A stretch of 40,426 bases of DNA. It comes from Litorivicinus sp. GTDB lineage: Bacteria; Pseudomonadota; Gammaproteobacteria; Pseudomonadales; Litorivicinaceae. The stretch lies in contig JAGYIK010000001.1 in the NCBI GenBank assembly GCA_018402605.1, positions 1-40,426 on the forward strand, written 5' to 3'. The translations under genes and the position numbers were made by a program. The notes beneath the pieces were generated by a model. That model was given only the letters and a program-made list of their open reading frames with translations. It did no database searches and was not told the DNA's origin. Below, piece by piece: positions 18,930-36,041 of this stretch. How positions within the stretch are numbered: position 1 is the first letter of the stretch; the number at the start of each line of letters is the position of its first letter.

Positions 18930-20561
18930 CGCGGCGGAATTGCAATTCCTGAGAGTGTCGCGCGCAGTTCTGTCACCGTATGGCCGCCCAACATGCGTGC
19001 AATTCATCGATCCGTTCCGTCAGCAGCAACTTCACTCACCGACCACCATCACTGTTTCTGCATGCAAATGTGCTGTGGCTTCGTTCAGCAACCCTTGAGG
19101 TTGATGCGACAACCAATACCCGGTGCATTTGTCGCTAGCGCCTGGTAATAACCGACCAACGCGGGCCGCAGTTTTGCCACCAATGCCCACATCCAATTTC
19201 GCATCGTAAGACCAGTGTCGGGGTCGCGAAGCGGCTGGCTGTGATCACTGGAATTGCGAGGGCCGACGCGCGCGATAGCTCGCCACCCGAGGCGATCTTC
19301 GACAGGGACCCCCTTGCTGTCCCGGATTGGTTGGAAGTAAAATTGTGCCGACTCGCCAATCGTGCACTGTCAGCTCGTCATGGGGCGTTAATTGAACTGA
19401 GAGCGTGGCATAGTCCATACCGAGATCGAAATGTGCGGTAATCGCATGACAGTTCAGGCCGCCGCGCGCGCATGCGCGGATTGCGCTGGAGGTGGTCAGC
19501 AGCGTGTCGCGTCTGGTTCAGTTATCAAATTCCAGCAGTCGCAGGATGCGCTGATGCGCATCGGCAATCAGAGTGAGACGCTCTGTTTGCTGTTGGTGAT
19601 CGAGGAGTTCGTCAGGCTCGATTTTGTGTCGGCGCGCCATGGTGCACCGCGCGGATGCGCTCTTCAACAAATTGCAAACGTGTGTGGGATCCAACTCAAA
19701 GCGATCGACAGCATGCTGGATTTCAGATCGTGCCCAGCGGGAGCGCGATGCCGGCTTGGTCGAGTGTTCCGGATGCATTGCGGAGTTCTGGGTGGCCGTC
19801 GGATAGGCGCTTTAGGTCACTGGGTAATGCGCTCGGTATTGGCAGGTACGATGCTCCGGTGTTCGTCACCGAGGCCTCGCGAGAGCGTCATCGGTAGCCT
19901 CGTAAAGCGATTCCTGGATGACGCTGCCGCTGCTCTTATATTATCGAGCGCCGCGAATCACCCTTTCTTTGTATTTGCCTGTTCTGGTTCATCCATCGAA
20001 ACTGGCGATTTCGCGCTCTTGATCAGCTTTTTCCGCGGAGCGTGTCAACGCACGAGCTCACGTGTTTGGCCTGCCAGTGTAAACGCACCGACAGGCCTTC
20101 GTGCGTCATTAATTCTTATCTGCCATAGCCATCCGCAGTTCCAACTGATGACGCGTTTTAAAAGAGTTTCCGGCTGGCATGCTGCGTATGAAGAAACACG
20201 AGTTGTTCGAGAGCCTGTGAGTTGCGATGCTGAAATGGGCGTCCCGTTGACGAAGGGCTTTGAGCGCCCCTCTGACGTCAGATGCGTCGGTGAATGAGTT
20301 GTCCTTTAACGGCTGAACACCATCAACCATCCGGCGCACGCGGTGGAGTTGCGTGATATCAAAGCGTGCCGATATTTGCGCGCGCTCTGTGCCAGAACGA
20401 ACCAGTCCGGTATCTGCTCGTCCCCCCAGTGCCAGCTCTAATGCACCGAGAATGAGGGATTTGCCGGCACCCGTATCCCCAGTAATTGCACGCATCCAGT
20501 ACCAAGTTCCACATTCACGGATGCGAGGGTTGCCAAATTTTGCAATGCTGTCTGTAAGCAT
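18930..20561 (-). CDS. recN: DNA repair protein RecN (frameshifted read)
   Basis: Walker A ITGDTGAGKSLILGALELALGGRAD; ARRHKIEPDEL; signature LSKIASGGELSR..TPTLV. 3' end approximate. Confidence 0.9.
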
Positions 20562-20571
20562 TTGTTCCTGC

Positions 20572-20598
20572 GTTGAAACTGAAGAATCTGACCTATAC
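20572..20598 (+). promoter_or_regulatory. Possible sigma-32 promoter of grpE
   Basis: GTTGAAA at 20572-20578 and CCTATAC at 20592-20598; lies in an error-rich block. Confidence 0.4.
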
Positions 20599-20654
20599 AT
20601 GCGGTTCCGTTGAGAGCAGGTGCTCACTACCACGGTGAAAACAAGGAGGAGAAG

Positions 20655-21257
20655 ATGGCAAAGACGAGAATGCTTTGTCGATGAGGGTGGATCAAGACGA
20701 TGCAACAGCTGGAAACAGTGATGCTCTAAGATGAACGAGGTTCCAGAACTGAACTGACGGGCGCTGAGTTGCTGAACCGAGGCAAAGAACGCACTGACGC
20801 AGACGATACCGCCAGTCCCGAAACGCAAAATTGGAAGAATTGAAAGAGTCGGGTGGATGCGGGACGCCAGGCGGAGCTATTGAACGTGCGGCTCGCCGTG
20901 CCGAGCGCGATGTCGAAAATGCGCAATCGGTATGCCATCGAAAAGTTCGTTAAAGATTTATTGGCCGTACTAGGACCGACAATCGCCCGAAACCACCCCG
21001 GAACCACTGAGGGTTCGATGCGCGTACGTTTGAGGAACCAGATGACGCATGTTGCTTTGGATACTGCGTTCAAGCACGGTGTTGAGGCGATCGACCCGTC
21101 GGTGCCGCCTTTGATCCGCAGGAACATCAGGCGATGAGTATGGCGGCCCTCAGCCGAGCACGCACCCAACACCGTCATGGCAGTGATGCAAAAAGGCTAC
21201 AATCGAAGGCCGCGTCATACGTGCCAGATGGTATCGTGAGCCAAGCCCGACCACTAA
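20655..21257 (+). CDS. grpE: Nucleotide exchange factor GrpE (frameshifted read)
   Basis: SD AAGGAGG; fragments YAIEKFVKDLLAV, FKHGVEAIDP, FDPQEHQAMSM, PNTVMAVMQKGY; upstream of dnaK. Confidence 0.88.
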
Positions 21258-21342
21258 CACTCTTGAACGCGGATTTTTGGCCAATTTTACAGAACAGAGA
21301 TTGCCGGGGAACCGACAAGGATGAACAGAGAGTGGATTTATC

Positions 21343-23246
21343 ACGGAAAGATCATCGAATTGATCTGAAAATAATGAATCATGCGGCAGTGCTTGAAGGC
21401 GGAAAGCCTCGCGTGATTGAGAATGCCGAGGGTGACTGACGACGCTAACAATCATTGCATACACAGACGACGAAACATTGGTAGGCCAGCCTGCAAAAGC
21501 GTCAGTCAGTGACCAATCCGAACAATACACTGTACGCAGTGAAGCGTTTGATTGGACGTAAATTTAAAGACGATGTTGTGCAAAAAGACATCAAAATGGT
21601 GCCTTACAAGATTGTCGGTGCAGGTATACACGCTGGACGAAAGCGGCACGTGAGCGCCTGGCGCCACCACAATTCGGCTGAAGTACTCAAAAGATGAAAA
21701 GACCGCCGTATCATTTAAGTGAAGCGGTCACAGAAGCTACACGGTTCCAGTATATTTTTAACGATAGCCAGCGGCAGGTAAATAAAAGATGCAGGCAAGA
21801 TTGTTGGTCTCTGATGTTAAGCGAATCATTAACGAACCTACTGCGGTTGCATTGGCCTTCGGTATGGATCAGTCGCGAGGCGATTCTATTATTGCCGTTT
21901 ATGACTCAGGCGGCGGTACCTTTGATATTTCCACCAACAGATCGCCGAAGTGATAAGTAATAACAGTCTGAGTGCAAAAGTCTCAACAAACGGTGACATA
22001 TCTCTTCGGTGGTGAAGACTTCGATTTGAGAATCATAGACTTTTTGGCGGAAACGTTCCAAAAAGAACAGGGCATGGATCTGAAAGGTGACCCGCTCGCG
22101 ATGCAGCGCCTGAAAGAGGCGGCAGAGAAGGCGAAAATCGAATTGTCATCCAGCCAGCAGACTGATGTGAATCTGCCTTACATTACGGCTGACGCCAGTG
22201 GGCCAAAACACATGAACGTCAAACTGACGCGTGCCAAGCTCGAGTCATTGGTTGAAGACCTGGTTGAGCGGACACTTGCTCCGGTGAAACAGGCGTTGGA
22301 GGACGCAGGTCACTCCACCTCTGAGATCAATGATGTGATCATGGTCGGCGGCCAGACGCGCATGCCGCTTGTGCAGCAGAAGGTTAAAGATTTCTTCGGC
22401 AAAGAGCCGCGTCGTGATGTGAATCCCGATGAGGCTGTGGCCGTGGGTGCGTCAATCCAAGGTGCAGTCTTGGCCGGCGACGTGAAAGACGTGTTGCTCC
22501 TTGATGTGACGCCACTGTCCTTGGGCATTGAGACCATGGGTGGCGTGATGACCGCATTAATCGAGAAAAACACGACGATTCCGACCAAGAAAACGCAGGT
22601 CTTTTCAACGGCTGAAGACAACCAGACCGCTGTAACGATCCATGTGTTGCAGGGTGAGCGAAAGCAGGCAACGCAAAATAAATCGCTGGGTCGATTTGAT
22701 CTCGCTGATATCCCGCCCGCGCCGCGTGGCATGCCGCAGATCGAGGTGGCGTTTGATATCGATGCAAACGGTATTCTCAATGTGTCTGCAAAAGATAAAG
22801 CGACGGGCAAAGAGCAGTCCATTGTGATTAAGGCATCGTCTGGATTGTCGGATGAAGAGATTGAAAAGATGGTCAAGGATGCTGAGGCCAACGCGGATGC
22901 GGATCGCAAGTTTGAAGAAATGATCTCAGCACGGAATACGGCCGATGGTATGATTCACGCGACGAAGAAGTCGATGACTGAGGCGGGCGACAAGCTCTCA
23001 GATGATGAGAAGGCGCCGGTCGAAGCTGCGATTGCGGATCTTGAAGAGGCGCTGAAAGGCGATGACAAAGACGCCATTGCTGCCAAAACCAGTGCCTTGA
23101 CGGAAGCGTCCGCAAAAATCGCTGAGAAGCTCTACGCAGCGGCCGATGCAGGTGCTGGTGCTGAGCAGCAAGAGAGTTCAAGCAAGGCAGATGACGATGT
23201 CGTCGATGCTGAGTTTGAAGAAGTTAAGGAAGACGATAAGAAGTGA
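21343..23246 (+). CDS. dnaK: Chaperone DnaK (Hsp70); first ~210 codons frameshifted
   Basis: Fragments [30 protein letters not shown], then intact GGEDFD...VGGQTRMP...[16 protein letters not shown]...[11 protein letters not shown]. Start approximate. Confidence 0.96.
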
Positions 23247-23281
23247 GTCGCTTGACTCACTTCCCACGCAAGGAGAGCTGA

Positions 23282-25212
<1,931 letters not shown>

Positions 25213-25229
25213 GCGCGCGGCGCTTTACA

Positions 25230-25258
25230 TGGACTTTTGCCCGCGATCTCCCTAAAAT
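25230..25258 (+). promoter_or_regulatory. Sigma-70 promoter of carAB
   Basis: TGGACT-N17-TAAAAT followed by a GC-rich discriminator. Confidence 0.6.
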
Positions 25259-25311
25259 GCGCTCTCAATCGCTCGGCGCCTGCCGAGTCTGTCGAGACAG
25301 AGGACCCCCGG

Positions 25312-26448
25312 TTGAATTCTCCTGCAATATTATTACTTGCGGATGGCACCCAGTTTGCTGGCCGCTCCATAGGTGCTGACGGTTTTTCCGTTGGTGAAGT
25401 TGTATTCAATACGGCGTTGACGGGCTATCAGGAAATCCTGACAGATCCATCCTATGCGCGGCAGTTGGTCACATTAACCTACCCGCATATCGGGAACGTG
25501 GGCGTCAATCCTGAAGACCAAGAGTCGGACCGGATTCATGCGGGTGGATTAATCATTCGTGATCTTCCATTTGTGCACAGCAACTACCGCGCCACGGCCT
25601 CACTCGATAGCTATTTGAAGACTGAAGGTGTGGTCGGGATTGCCGATATTGATACGCGGAAATTGACGCGCATTCTTCGTGAGAAAGGTGCGCAATCCGG
25701 CGTGATTATCGCGGGTGACACGGCATGTTCTGATGCTGGTTTGGCGCGTGCCCGCGAGGCCCTTGCGGCATTTCCGGGGCTCGCTGGAATGGACCTGGCT
25801 CGCGAGGTCACGACACCAGAGCGTTACACCTGGACTGAGGGCTCTTGGGTCCTTGGCAAAGGTCATCCAAGCAAAGATGGCGGCCGTTTTCATGTTGTCG
25901 CCTTTGATTATGGTGTGAAGCGCAACATCCTCCGCATGCTTGCAGATCGGGGTTGCCGTCTCACTGTGGTGCCTGCAGAGACCAAGGCGTCCGAGGTATT
26001 GGCGCTGCGGCCAGATGGGGTGTTTTTATCGAATGGCCCCGGTGATCCAGAGCCCTGTACCTATGCAATCGAGGCGATTCGGGAGATTCTTGATGCGAAT
26101 ATCCCTGTTTTCGGGATTTGTTTGGGGCATCAGTTGCTCGGTTTGGCGTCCGGTGCCAAAACCTTGAAGATGAAGTTTGGCCACCACGGTGCAAACCATC
26201 CGGTGCAAGATCTAGAGACAGGGCAGGTCATGATTACCAGTCAAAATCATGGCTTCGCAATTGATGATGCCTCACTGCCCGCTTGTTTGAAGCCAACACA
26301 CCGCTCTCTATTTGATCAGTCGCTCCAAGGTATTACGCGTACAGATAAGTCCGCGTTTAGTTTCCAAGGCCATCCGGAGGCGAGCCCAGGGCCGCATGAT
26401 GTTGCGCCACTTTTTGATCAGTTTATTGCTGCCATGGAGGCCCGCTAA
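25312..26448 (+). CDS. carA: Carbamoyl-phosphate synthase small subunit
   Basis: [41 protein letters not shown]; TTG start after GAGGA. Confidence 0.97.
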   Translation: MNSPAILLLADGTQFAGRSIGADGFSVGEVVFNTALTGYQEILTDPSYARQLVTLTYPHIGNVGVNPEDQESDRIHAGGLIIRDLPFVHSNYRATASLDSYLKTEGVVGIADIDTRKLTRILREKGAQSGVIIAGDTACSDAGLARAREALAAFPGLAGMDLAREVTTPERYTWTEGSWVLGKGHPSKDGGRFHVVAFDYGVKRNILRMLADRGCRLTVVPAETKASEVLALRPDGVFLSNGPGDPEPCTYAIEAIREILDANIPVFGICLGHQLLGLASGAKTLKMKFGHHGANHPVQDLETGQVMITSQNHGFAIDDASLPACLKPTHRSLFDQSLQGITRTDKSAFSFQGHPEASPGPHDVAPLFDQFIAAMEAR

Positions 26449-29400
26449 TGCCGAAGCGCACCGATCTTGAATCCATTTTGATCATTGGCGCGGGTCCGAT
26501 CGTCATCGGCCAGGCTTGTGAGTTTGACTATTCTGGCGCGCAAGCATGCAAGGCACTGCGGGAAGAGGGATATCGAGTGATTTTGGTCAACTCGAATCCA
26601 GCGACCATCATGACAGATCCCGCCATGGCGGACGCCACCTATATCGAGCCGATTCGCTGGCAGTCGGTTGAGAAAGTCATCGAAAAGGAGCGTCCTAGTG
26701 CGCTCCTGCCGACCATGGGTGGTCAGACCGCGCTGAACTGTGCGCTGGACCTGGATCGTGAAGGTGTCTTGGCAAAATATGGCGTACAGATGATTGGTGC
26801 CAATGCGGATGCAATCGACAAGGCCGAAGATCGTGATCGCTTTGACAAGGCAATGAAAGCCATTGGCCTTGAGACGCCGAAAAGCCATATCGCACACAAT
26901 TTGGACGAAGCGCGCGCTGCGGCTGATGATCTTGGGTTTCCTTGCATCATTCGTCCCTCGTTCACGATGGGCGGATCGGGTGGTGGGGTTGCCTACAACC
27001 GTGAAGAATTTGAAGAGATTTGTGAGCGGGGTCTCGATCTCTCGCCAACCAAAGAGCTGTTGATTGACGAATCACTCTTGGGTTGGAAAGAGTTTGAGAT
27101 GGAGGTGGTGCGCGATCGGAAAGACAACTGCATTATTGTCTGCTCGATTGAGAACCTCGATCCAATGGGTGTGCACACTGGGGATTCCATTACGGTTGCC
27201 CCGGCGCAGACGCTGACCGATAAAGAATATCAAATCATGCGAAATGCTTCGGTGGCTGTGCTGCGCGAGATCGGTGTTGAGACTGGGGGTTCGAACGTGC
27301 AGTTTGCGGTCAATCCCGCAGACGGTCGCTTGATCGTGATTGAAATGAATCCACGCGTCTCTCGGTCATCCGCATTGGCCTCAAAAGCAACCGGATTCCC
27401 GATCGCCAAAATCGCCGCCAAATTGGCTGTGGGTTACACACTCGATGAGTTGGCGAATGAGATCACCGGTGGCGCGACACCGGCCTCCTTTGAGCCATCA
27501 ATCGATTATGTGGTGACCAAAGTGCCTCGCTTCACATTTGAGAAGTTTCCGCAGGCAGACAGCCGGCTCACGACGCAGATGAAGTCGGTTGGCGAAGTGA
27601 TGGCGATTGGTCGCACATTCCAAGAGTCATTGCAAAAGGCATTGCGTGGACTTGAGATTGGTGTATCTGGGCTCGATCCGCAATTTGATTGGGATTCTGA
27701 TGAGTCGATCCAGGTGATGCGCCATGAGCTTGCCAATCCCGGACCACGTCGACTCTGGTGTGTTGCGGACGCGTTCCGCAGTGGAATGAGCGTGGATGAG
27801 CTCTATCAAACCTCGAAAATCGATCCGTGGTTTTTGGCGCAAATCGAGGATCTCATTTGGGAAGAAACACGTTTGACAGAAATGGCACTGTCAGATCTCG
27901 ATCGTGATGCCATGTGGCAGTTAAAGCGTAAAGGCTTTTCAGATAAACGCTTGGCGACATTGTTGGATGTCTCTGAGAAAGAGTTGCGCGAACGCCGCCT
28001 AAAGTTTGACGTTCGACCGGTCTACAAGCGCGTGGATACCTGTGCTGCAGAATTCGCGACACCGACTGCCTACATGTATTCCACCTATGAAGAAGAGTGT
28101 GAGGCCAATCCATCGAGCCGTGAGAAAATCATGGTGCTCGGTGGTGGACCCAATCGAATTGGTCAAGGTATTGAGTTTGACTATTGCTGCGTGCATGCCG
28201 CCTTTGCGATGCGAGAAGACGGGTACGAGACCATCATGGTCAATTGTAATCCTGAGACCGTCTCCACAGATTATGACACTTCGGATCGCTTGTTCTTCGA
28301 GCCTGTGACCCTTGAAGATGTGCTGGCCATCGTGGATTTGGAAAAGCCAAAGGGCGTGATTGTTCAGTTTGAGGGCAACGCCCCTCAAATTGGCGGCGAC
28401 CTGAAGCGGCGGGGGTGCCAATTATCGGCAATATCGCCGGAAGCGATTGATCGCGCCGGAAGACCGGGAGCGCTTCCAGCAGATGGTGACGCGTCTCTGA
28501 CCAGTGTCAACTGCCAATGCAACGGCGCGTAGTCTGGAAGAGGGGCTGGCATTAGCGGAGCAACTGGCTTCCCACTGTTGTCCGCCCGTCTTGGCGTGCT
28601 CGGTGGACGTGCGATGGAAGTGGTTTCCAACATGGCTGAGTTGAAGCGATATCTGCGACGCCGTTGTGGCCCTGATGATTCGCCGGTCTTGCTGGATCGT
28701 TCCTTGATCCGCGGTCAGAGGTTGATGTGGATGCGGTCAGTTACGTCAGTGAGCAGCGTGACGTTGACCGCGGAACATATCGTCAGGCTGGAGTACATTC
28801 CGGTGACTCGGCCTGCTCACTCCCGGCCTACAGTTACCGGCGCACATCCAAGATGTGATTCGGCGAGCAAGTGATCAAGATGGCACGTGAGCTGAACGTT
28901 ATCGGTTTGATGAATGTGCAGATGGCTGTCCAAGGTGAAGACGTCTTTGTGATCGAGGTGAACCCGCGAGCACGCGAACGGTTCCTTTGTCTCCGCGCAT
29001 CGGCGTTTCGGCTGGCGAAGGTGGCAGCTCGTTGTATACGGAACGACCTTTGGGTTGAACAGGGTGTAACGCATGAGCGGATTCACCTCTTAGTGTGAAG
29101 GAATCTGTGTTCCCATTCGCGAAATTCCCAGGCGTCGATCCGATTTTAGCCCGGAGATGAAATCAACTGGCGAGGTGATGGGCACAGGGGACAGCTTCGA
29201 TGAGGCGGGGTTTGCGAAGGCGCGATGCGGCCGTGCAGGCGACGATTGCCGAAAAATTGGCCGCATTTATCTCCGTGCGCGATGCAGAGATAAGCCCAGA
29301 ATGTCGGCTATTGCTAAATCACTGATTGATATGGGCTTTACATTGCTGGGTGACACAGTGGTACGAGTGAGTACCTTGCACAACATGGGATTGCGTGTGA

Positions 29401-29673
29401 GCGCGTGAATAAGGTTTCGAAGGTCGTCCGAACATTCAGTGGATACATTCCACAGAACATCGCTTTTATCGTGAACACGACGGAGGGCCGTCAGGCCATC
29501 ACCGACTCTTGACGATCCGGCGCTCAGCGCTCCAACATAAGGTGTGTTACACCACGACGCTGGCAGGTGGTGAATCCATCAAAGTGGCGTTGAAGTTTGG
29601 CGAGAACTTTGAAGTGCGTCGTTTGCAAGACCTGCATGCGCGGGTGGAACTCAAAGAACAAGGTAGGGTATGA
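26448..29673 (+). CDS. carB: Carbamoyl-phosphate synthase large subunit; last third frameshifted
   Basis: [23 protein letters not shown], intact to ~28370; later fragments [31 protein letters not shown]. Confidence 0.96.
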
Positions 29674-30142
29674 GCAAGATTCCGATGACCAAAGCAGGCG
29701 AGGATGCACTGCGTACTGAGCTGAGTCGGCTGAAACAAATCGAGCGCCCTCGCATTATCCAGGCCATTGCCGAAGCGCGTGAGCACGGTGATCTCAAAGA
29801 GAATGCGGAGTACCACGCGGCCAGGGAGCAGCAGGGTTTTTGTGAGGGTCGAATTAAAGATATCGAGGCGAAACTCTCACATGCTCAAGTGATTGATATT
29901 TCCCACATCGAAAATGGTCGTAGGCAGGATTTTTGGCGTCACTGTCACGCTGATTAACTTGGACACCGACCAAACGGTGACTTACCAGATTGTTGGTGAG
30001 GACGAAGCGGATGTCAAAAATGGAAAAATTTCAGTGACATCGCCGATTGCGCGCGGACCTACTGGAAGAAGGCGATGAGGTGTCAGTCACAACGCCCGGC
30101 GGTGTGGTGACCTATGAGATCGACACCGTCGAGCACCTTTAG
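29670..30142 (+). CDS. greA: Transcription elongation factor GreA (frameshifted read)
   Basis: [20 protein letters not shown]; [20 protein letters not shown]. Confidence 0.94.
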
Positions 30143-30144
30143 TT

Positions 30145-30444
30145 TTAGAGCGGTCGAATCAGATTCGATAGGCGCGGGTTGGGCTTTTCTGCGGCGCGAA
30201 ACAGTAATGCCATAGCGCCGGTCGACTGCACACAGTGCGCACCGGTCTCGGCGCACAATGATTCAATCAAGACCTTACGTGTGAACGCGCCTGCTTAACC
30301 GATTTTACCAATTCCGTGGTCATTCAGGAGCACGGTTCAATTCTTCGAGCACCCCAGAGACATGCCGTGGTCGCCGACCAGTACAATCGGTTTGAGATGA
30401 TGTCCGATCGCCCGCATCTGCTTCTTGCGTTCTGGCGTTAACAT
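30145..30444 (-). CDS. yhbY: YhbY/CRM-domain RNA-binding protein (frameshifted read)
   Basis: MLTPERKKQMRAIGHHLKPIVLVGDHG...NPRLSNLIR; conserved position between greA and rlmE; not in the ORF track. Confidence 0.88.
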
Positions 30445-30482
30445 AAACGTCCGCCAGGGGCGCGCGAAATTCAGAGCAAAAC

Positions 30483-31091
30483 ATGGCACGATCCAAGTCC
30501 AGTGGACGATGGTTGAAAGAACATTTCGATGACCCCTATGTGCAAAAGGCGCAGGCAGAAGGGCGACGTTCGCGTGCGAGCTTCAAACTCGAAGAGGTTC
30601 AGGCACGCGATCATTTGATTCGAGAAGGCCATGTGGTGGTCGATCTTGGCGCAGCGCTCCGGCGGTCAATCGAGCTGGTTTTCAATGGACAGGCCTCAAG
30701 GTTGCACCTTTTCGCTCGATATAATTCTATGGATTCATTGCCGATGTGGATATTTTGTTGGGGGACTCACCGAGGCTTTGTGCTTGATGCGCAATGATGC
30801 GATTGATGGGCGGGAGGTGTTGATGTGGTCTTATCCGATATGGTAACTCGAACTTATCGGGGAATAAGTCGGTGGATCAACCGCGGGCAATGTACTTGTG
30901 TGAGTTGGCCTGGATTTTGCGAAGACAACCCTGGTTCCGGGTGGTTCATTCTTGTCAGCGTCTTCCATGGCGAGGGGTTTGATGAGTTTTTGCAGGAACT
31001 TCGCGCGAACTTTCAGGTCGTAAAGACGCGAAACCGAGCTGCGTGCTAGTGTTCGTGGCACCGATGACTGGGCAGTGGATTTGAGTGGTAA
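30483..31091 (+). CDS. rlmE: 23S rRNA Um2552 methyltransferase RlmE/FtsJ (frameshifted read)
   Basis: [53 protein letters not shown]. Confidence 0.92.
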
Positions 31092-31168
31092 TCGCAAATC
31101 ACCACTTCAGATTCCAATAAAGTGGTCCCAGATATTGATAAACCCACCTCCTGAAGCGTCGAGACCAC

Positions 31169-33095
<1,927 letters not shown>

Positions 33096-33096
<1 letters not shown>

Positions 33097-33944
33097 TGAC
33101 GCGTGTTGCTCGCCTATGGCCAGATCTGGGGTTTTCCACACCCCAGATCATGGCCGTTCTCAATGTTACTCCAGACTCCTTTTCAGATGGCGGTTTGCTG
33201 TATGGCGACCACGTGCCATTACAAACGGTGATTGACCACGCGGCATCGTGCATCGATGCGGGCGCAACGTTGCTCGATATCGGTGGTGAAAGCACGCGTC
33301 CGGGTGCGTTGCCTGTCTCAGTCGATACAGAATTGGAGCGCGTGATTCCTGTCATCGACGCGTTGGCTGCCCGTTTTGATGTGGTGCTTTCAATCGATAC
33401 CTCCACCCCTCAAGTGATGTTGGAAGCAGCCCGCCGAGGTGCTCGCTTGATCAACGATGTTCGCGCATTGACGCGTGAAGGCGCCTTAGAGGCCGCTTAT
33501 GCCACCGGTTTGCCGGTGTGTCTGATGCACATGCAGGGGTCACCTGAAACGATGCAAAACAATCCGGTCTATCAGGATCCGGTCGACGAGGTGCTTGATT
33601 GGCTGATGGCTCGCGTTGAGGTGTGCATCAATCAGGGCTTTGATCGTCAGCAATTACTCCTCGATCCGGGTTTTGGCTTTGGCAAAACACTTGCGCATAA
33701 TGTGGCGCTTTTCAGAAACCTCAGGCGCTTTCTAGAGACTGGATTGCCTGTCATGGTCGGAGTCTCGCGAAAGTCGATGTTGGGCGATATTACGGGCCGC
33801 CCGATTGAGCAACGGGTGACTGCGAGCGCGACTGCTGCCGCAATAGCAGCGCAATCGGGTGCCGCCATTGTGCGTGTCCACGATGTAGCGGAAACTCGGG
33901 ATGCAATGATGGTGATGCAAACACTGATGCAAGGAACGCAATAA
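33096..33944 (+). CDS. folP: Dihydropteroate synthase
   Basis: LNVTPDSFSDGG, DIGGESTRPGA, LMHMQG, DPGFGFGK, SRKS, VRVHDV. Confidence 0.97.
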
Positions 33945-35282
33945 ATGTCACGACAGTATTTTGGAACGGACGGGATACGTGGGCGAGTCGGAGAGGGGTG
34001 TATTACCGCTGAATTTGTTCTGAAGCTGGGTTGGGCTTTTGGGCAGACGGTCCGAATGCGACACGCAGGTCGGCCAAAGGTTGTGATTGGTAAAGATACC
34101 CGTCTCTCTGGCTATATGTTTGAAACAGCGCTCGAGGCTGGGTTGATCGCAGCAGGCGTTGATCCGGTCATGCTCGGGCCGATGCCGACCCCCGCAATTG
34201 CCTACCTAACTCGGACCTTCTCTGCTGCTGGCGGCATTGTAATTAGTGCCAGCCACAATCCCTATGATGACAATGGGATCAAGTTTTTCGATGAAAACGG
34301 CACCAAGCTTCCCGATGCGGTGGAGCTTGAGATTGAGCGCTGGGTCGACCAGCCACTGGCCACAGTGAGTGGTCCTCTGCTTGGTCGCGCGTCGCGTGCC
34401 AATGATGCGGCCGGTCGTTATATCGAATTCTGTAAACACACCTTGCGCTTGGGGACCGACCTTAGTGGTCTGAAACTGGTGGTGGACTGTGCGCACGGGG
34501 CTGCATACCAAGTGGCGCCAAAGGTGTTTCGAGAGCTCGGTGCCGATGTTCAAGCCATTGGTGTGACCCCTGATGGTCTCAATATTAACAATGGATTTGG
34601 TTCGACGGCTCCGGATGCATTAGTTGAAGCCGTCGTCTCAAACCGGGCTGATTTGGGTATCGCGTTGGATGGTGATGCGGATCGTGTCGTTTTGGTTGAT
34701 GAAACCGGTGCTCTAGTCGATGGTGACCAGATTTTATATGTCATTGCTGCATCGAGGCACCAGCGTGGTCGGATGGAAGGCGGTGTTGTCGGGACGCTTA
34801 TGACCAACTTGGGCCTTGAGCACGCATTCGCCGATATGGGAATTCCGATGGTGCGCACGCAGGTGGGTGACCGCTACGTGATTGAAGCAATGGAAACGCA
34901 TGGATGGCGGCTCGGTGGTGAAACATCTGGGCACATCATTTGTTCTGATTTGACCAGCACTGGCGATGGATTGGTTGCCGCGCTGCAGGTGGTTAACGCA
35001 TTACGTCAATCTGGGCAGACGCTGAGTCAGGCGACACAGGGGATGCAGAAATATCCGCAAATCTTGATCAATGTACCCCTTCGAGACCGAGCGCAACTGG
35101 ATCATCACGATGTCAAAGCGTCAGTTGAAGAAGTTGAGCGGGTTTTGGGAGCTGAGGGTCGCGTTGTGTTGCGACCCAGTGGCACCGAACCCGTGGTGCG
35201 TGTGATGGTCGAGGGGCGAGATCGGGCACAAGTTGAGCGCTCGGCAAAGTCGATCGCGAGTGCAGTGGAAAATGTGCAATAA
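33945..35282 (+). CDS. glmM: Phosphoglucosamine mutase
   Basis: [46 protein letters not shown]. Confidence 0.97.
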   Translation: MSRQYFGTDGIRGRVGEGCITAEFVLKLGWAFGQTVRMRHAGRPKVVIGKDTRLSGYMFETALEAGLIAAGVDPVMLGPMPTPAIAYLTRTFSAAGGIVISASHNPYDDNGIKFFDENGTKLPDAVELEIERWVDQPLATVSGPLLGRASRANDAAGRYIEFCKHTLRLGTDLSGLKLVVDCAHGAAYQVAPKVFRELGADVQAIGVTPDGLNINNGFGSTAPDALVEAVVSNRADLGIALDGDADRVVLVDETGALVDGDQILYVIAASRHQRGRMEGGVVGTLMTNLGLEHAFADMGIPMVRTQVGDRYVIEAMETHGWRLGGETSGHIICSDLTSTGDGLVAALQVVNALRQSGQTLSQATQGMQKYPQILINVPLRDRAQLDHHDVKASVEEVERVLGAEGRVVLRPSGTEPVVRVMVEGRDRAQVERSAKSIASAVENVQ

Positions 35283-35323
35283 ATCGCGTACCTTACGCGC
35301 CCCAAACGATTGATGGTTATTGC

Positions 35324-36041
35324 GTGATACTTGGTAATTGGAAGATGCATACCATGCGCCATGAGGCGCTGGAACTGGCTCGTTCTGCACGCATCATCGC
35401 CGATCAGACTGAGGTGTCTGTGGGTATTTGTCCGCCATCGGTATGGATTGATCCGATCTGCCGTGAGGTGGATGGCAGTCGTTTGTGGGTTGGAGCCCAG
35501 GATTGTGTCGGTGATGGGTTTGGAGCCCACACGGGTTGCTTGAATGCGGCAATGATTTCCGATGCTGGATGTGGCTTCGTGTTACTCGGCCATTCAGAGC
35601 GCAGGGCACGGTTTGCGGAGCGCACTGAGGGGTTGCTTCCAGCGATCGCCGCAACGCTTGAGACTGGGATGTTCCCCGTGCTGTGTGTTGGCGAGTCGTT
35701 GGAAGATCGGAATTCAGGGCGCGCCGTTGGGGTTGTGGAATCACAAGTTCGACCATTGCTTCATGCAGGCCTGGATTTGAGTGGTGTCGTGTTGGCGTAT
35801 GAACCTGTTTGGGCGATTGGTACCGGCTTAACCGCGACGGCACAGGATATTGCTGAAATGCATCGAGCGATCCGCGCTGTGTTGGGCCGAGATGACGCGA
35901 TTGTTTTGTACGGTGGCAGTGTGTCACCCAGTTCGGCAGCGAGATCTTTTCGGTAGCAGAGGTCTCTGGTGCACTGGTTGGTGGTGCATCGCGATGTCAA
36001 TAAATTTGCAGCGATTTATCGCTGCTTGGGAACAGAAATAA
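35324..36041 (+). CDS. tpiA: Triosephosphate isomerase (3' end frameshifted)
   Basis: GNWKM, GHSERR, AYEPVWAIGTG, YGGSV; GALVGGAS in a shifted frame. Start uncertain. Confidence 0.93.

Noticed and set aside
18030-20297. Long ORF-track entries such as 18030-18503, 18208-18597 and 19431-20297 as novel proteins
   Set aside because: They are antisense or off-frame shadows of the frameshifted sbtA-like gene and recN.
20588-20604. LexA box upstream of recN (CTGACCTATACATGCGG)
   Set aside because: Expected here, but spacing and one half-site deviate from CTGT-N8-ACAG in an error-rich block; cannot be supported.
23241-23262. Perfect hairpin AAGTGAGTC-GCTT-GACTCACTT between dnaK and dnaJ, with a similar GAGTC..GACTC after tRNA-Leu, as a REP family
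   Set aside because: Only two copies sharing a 5-bp core; an intergenic hairpin between dnaK and dnaJ is ordinary.
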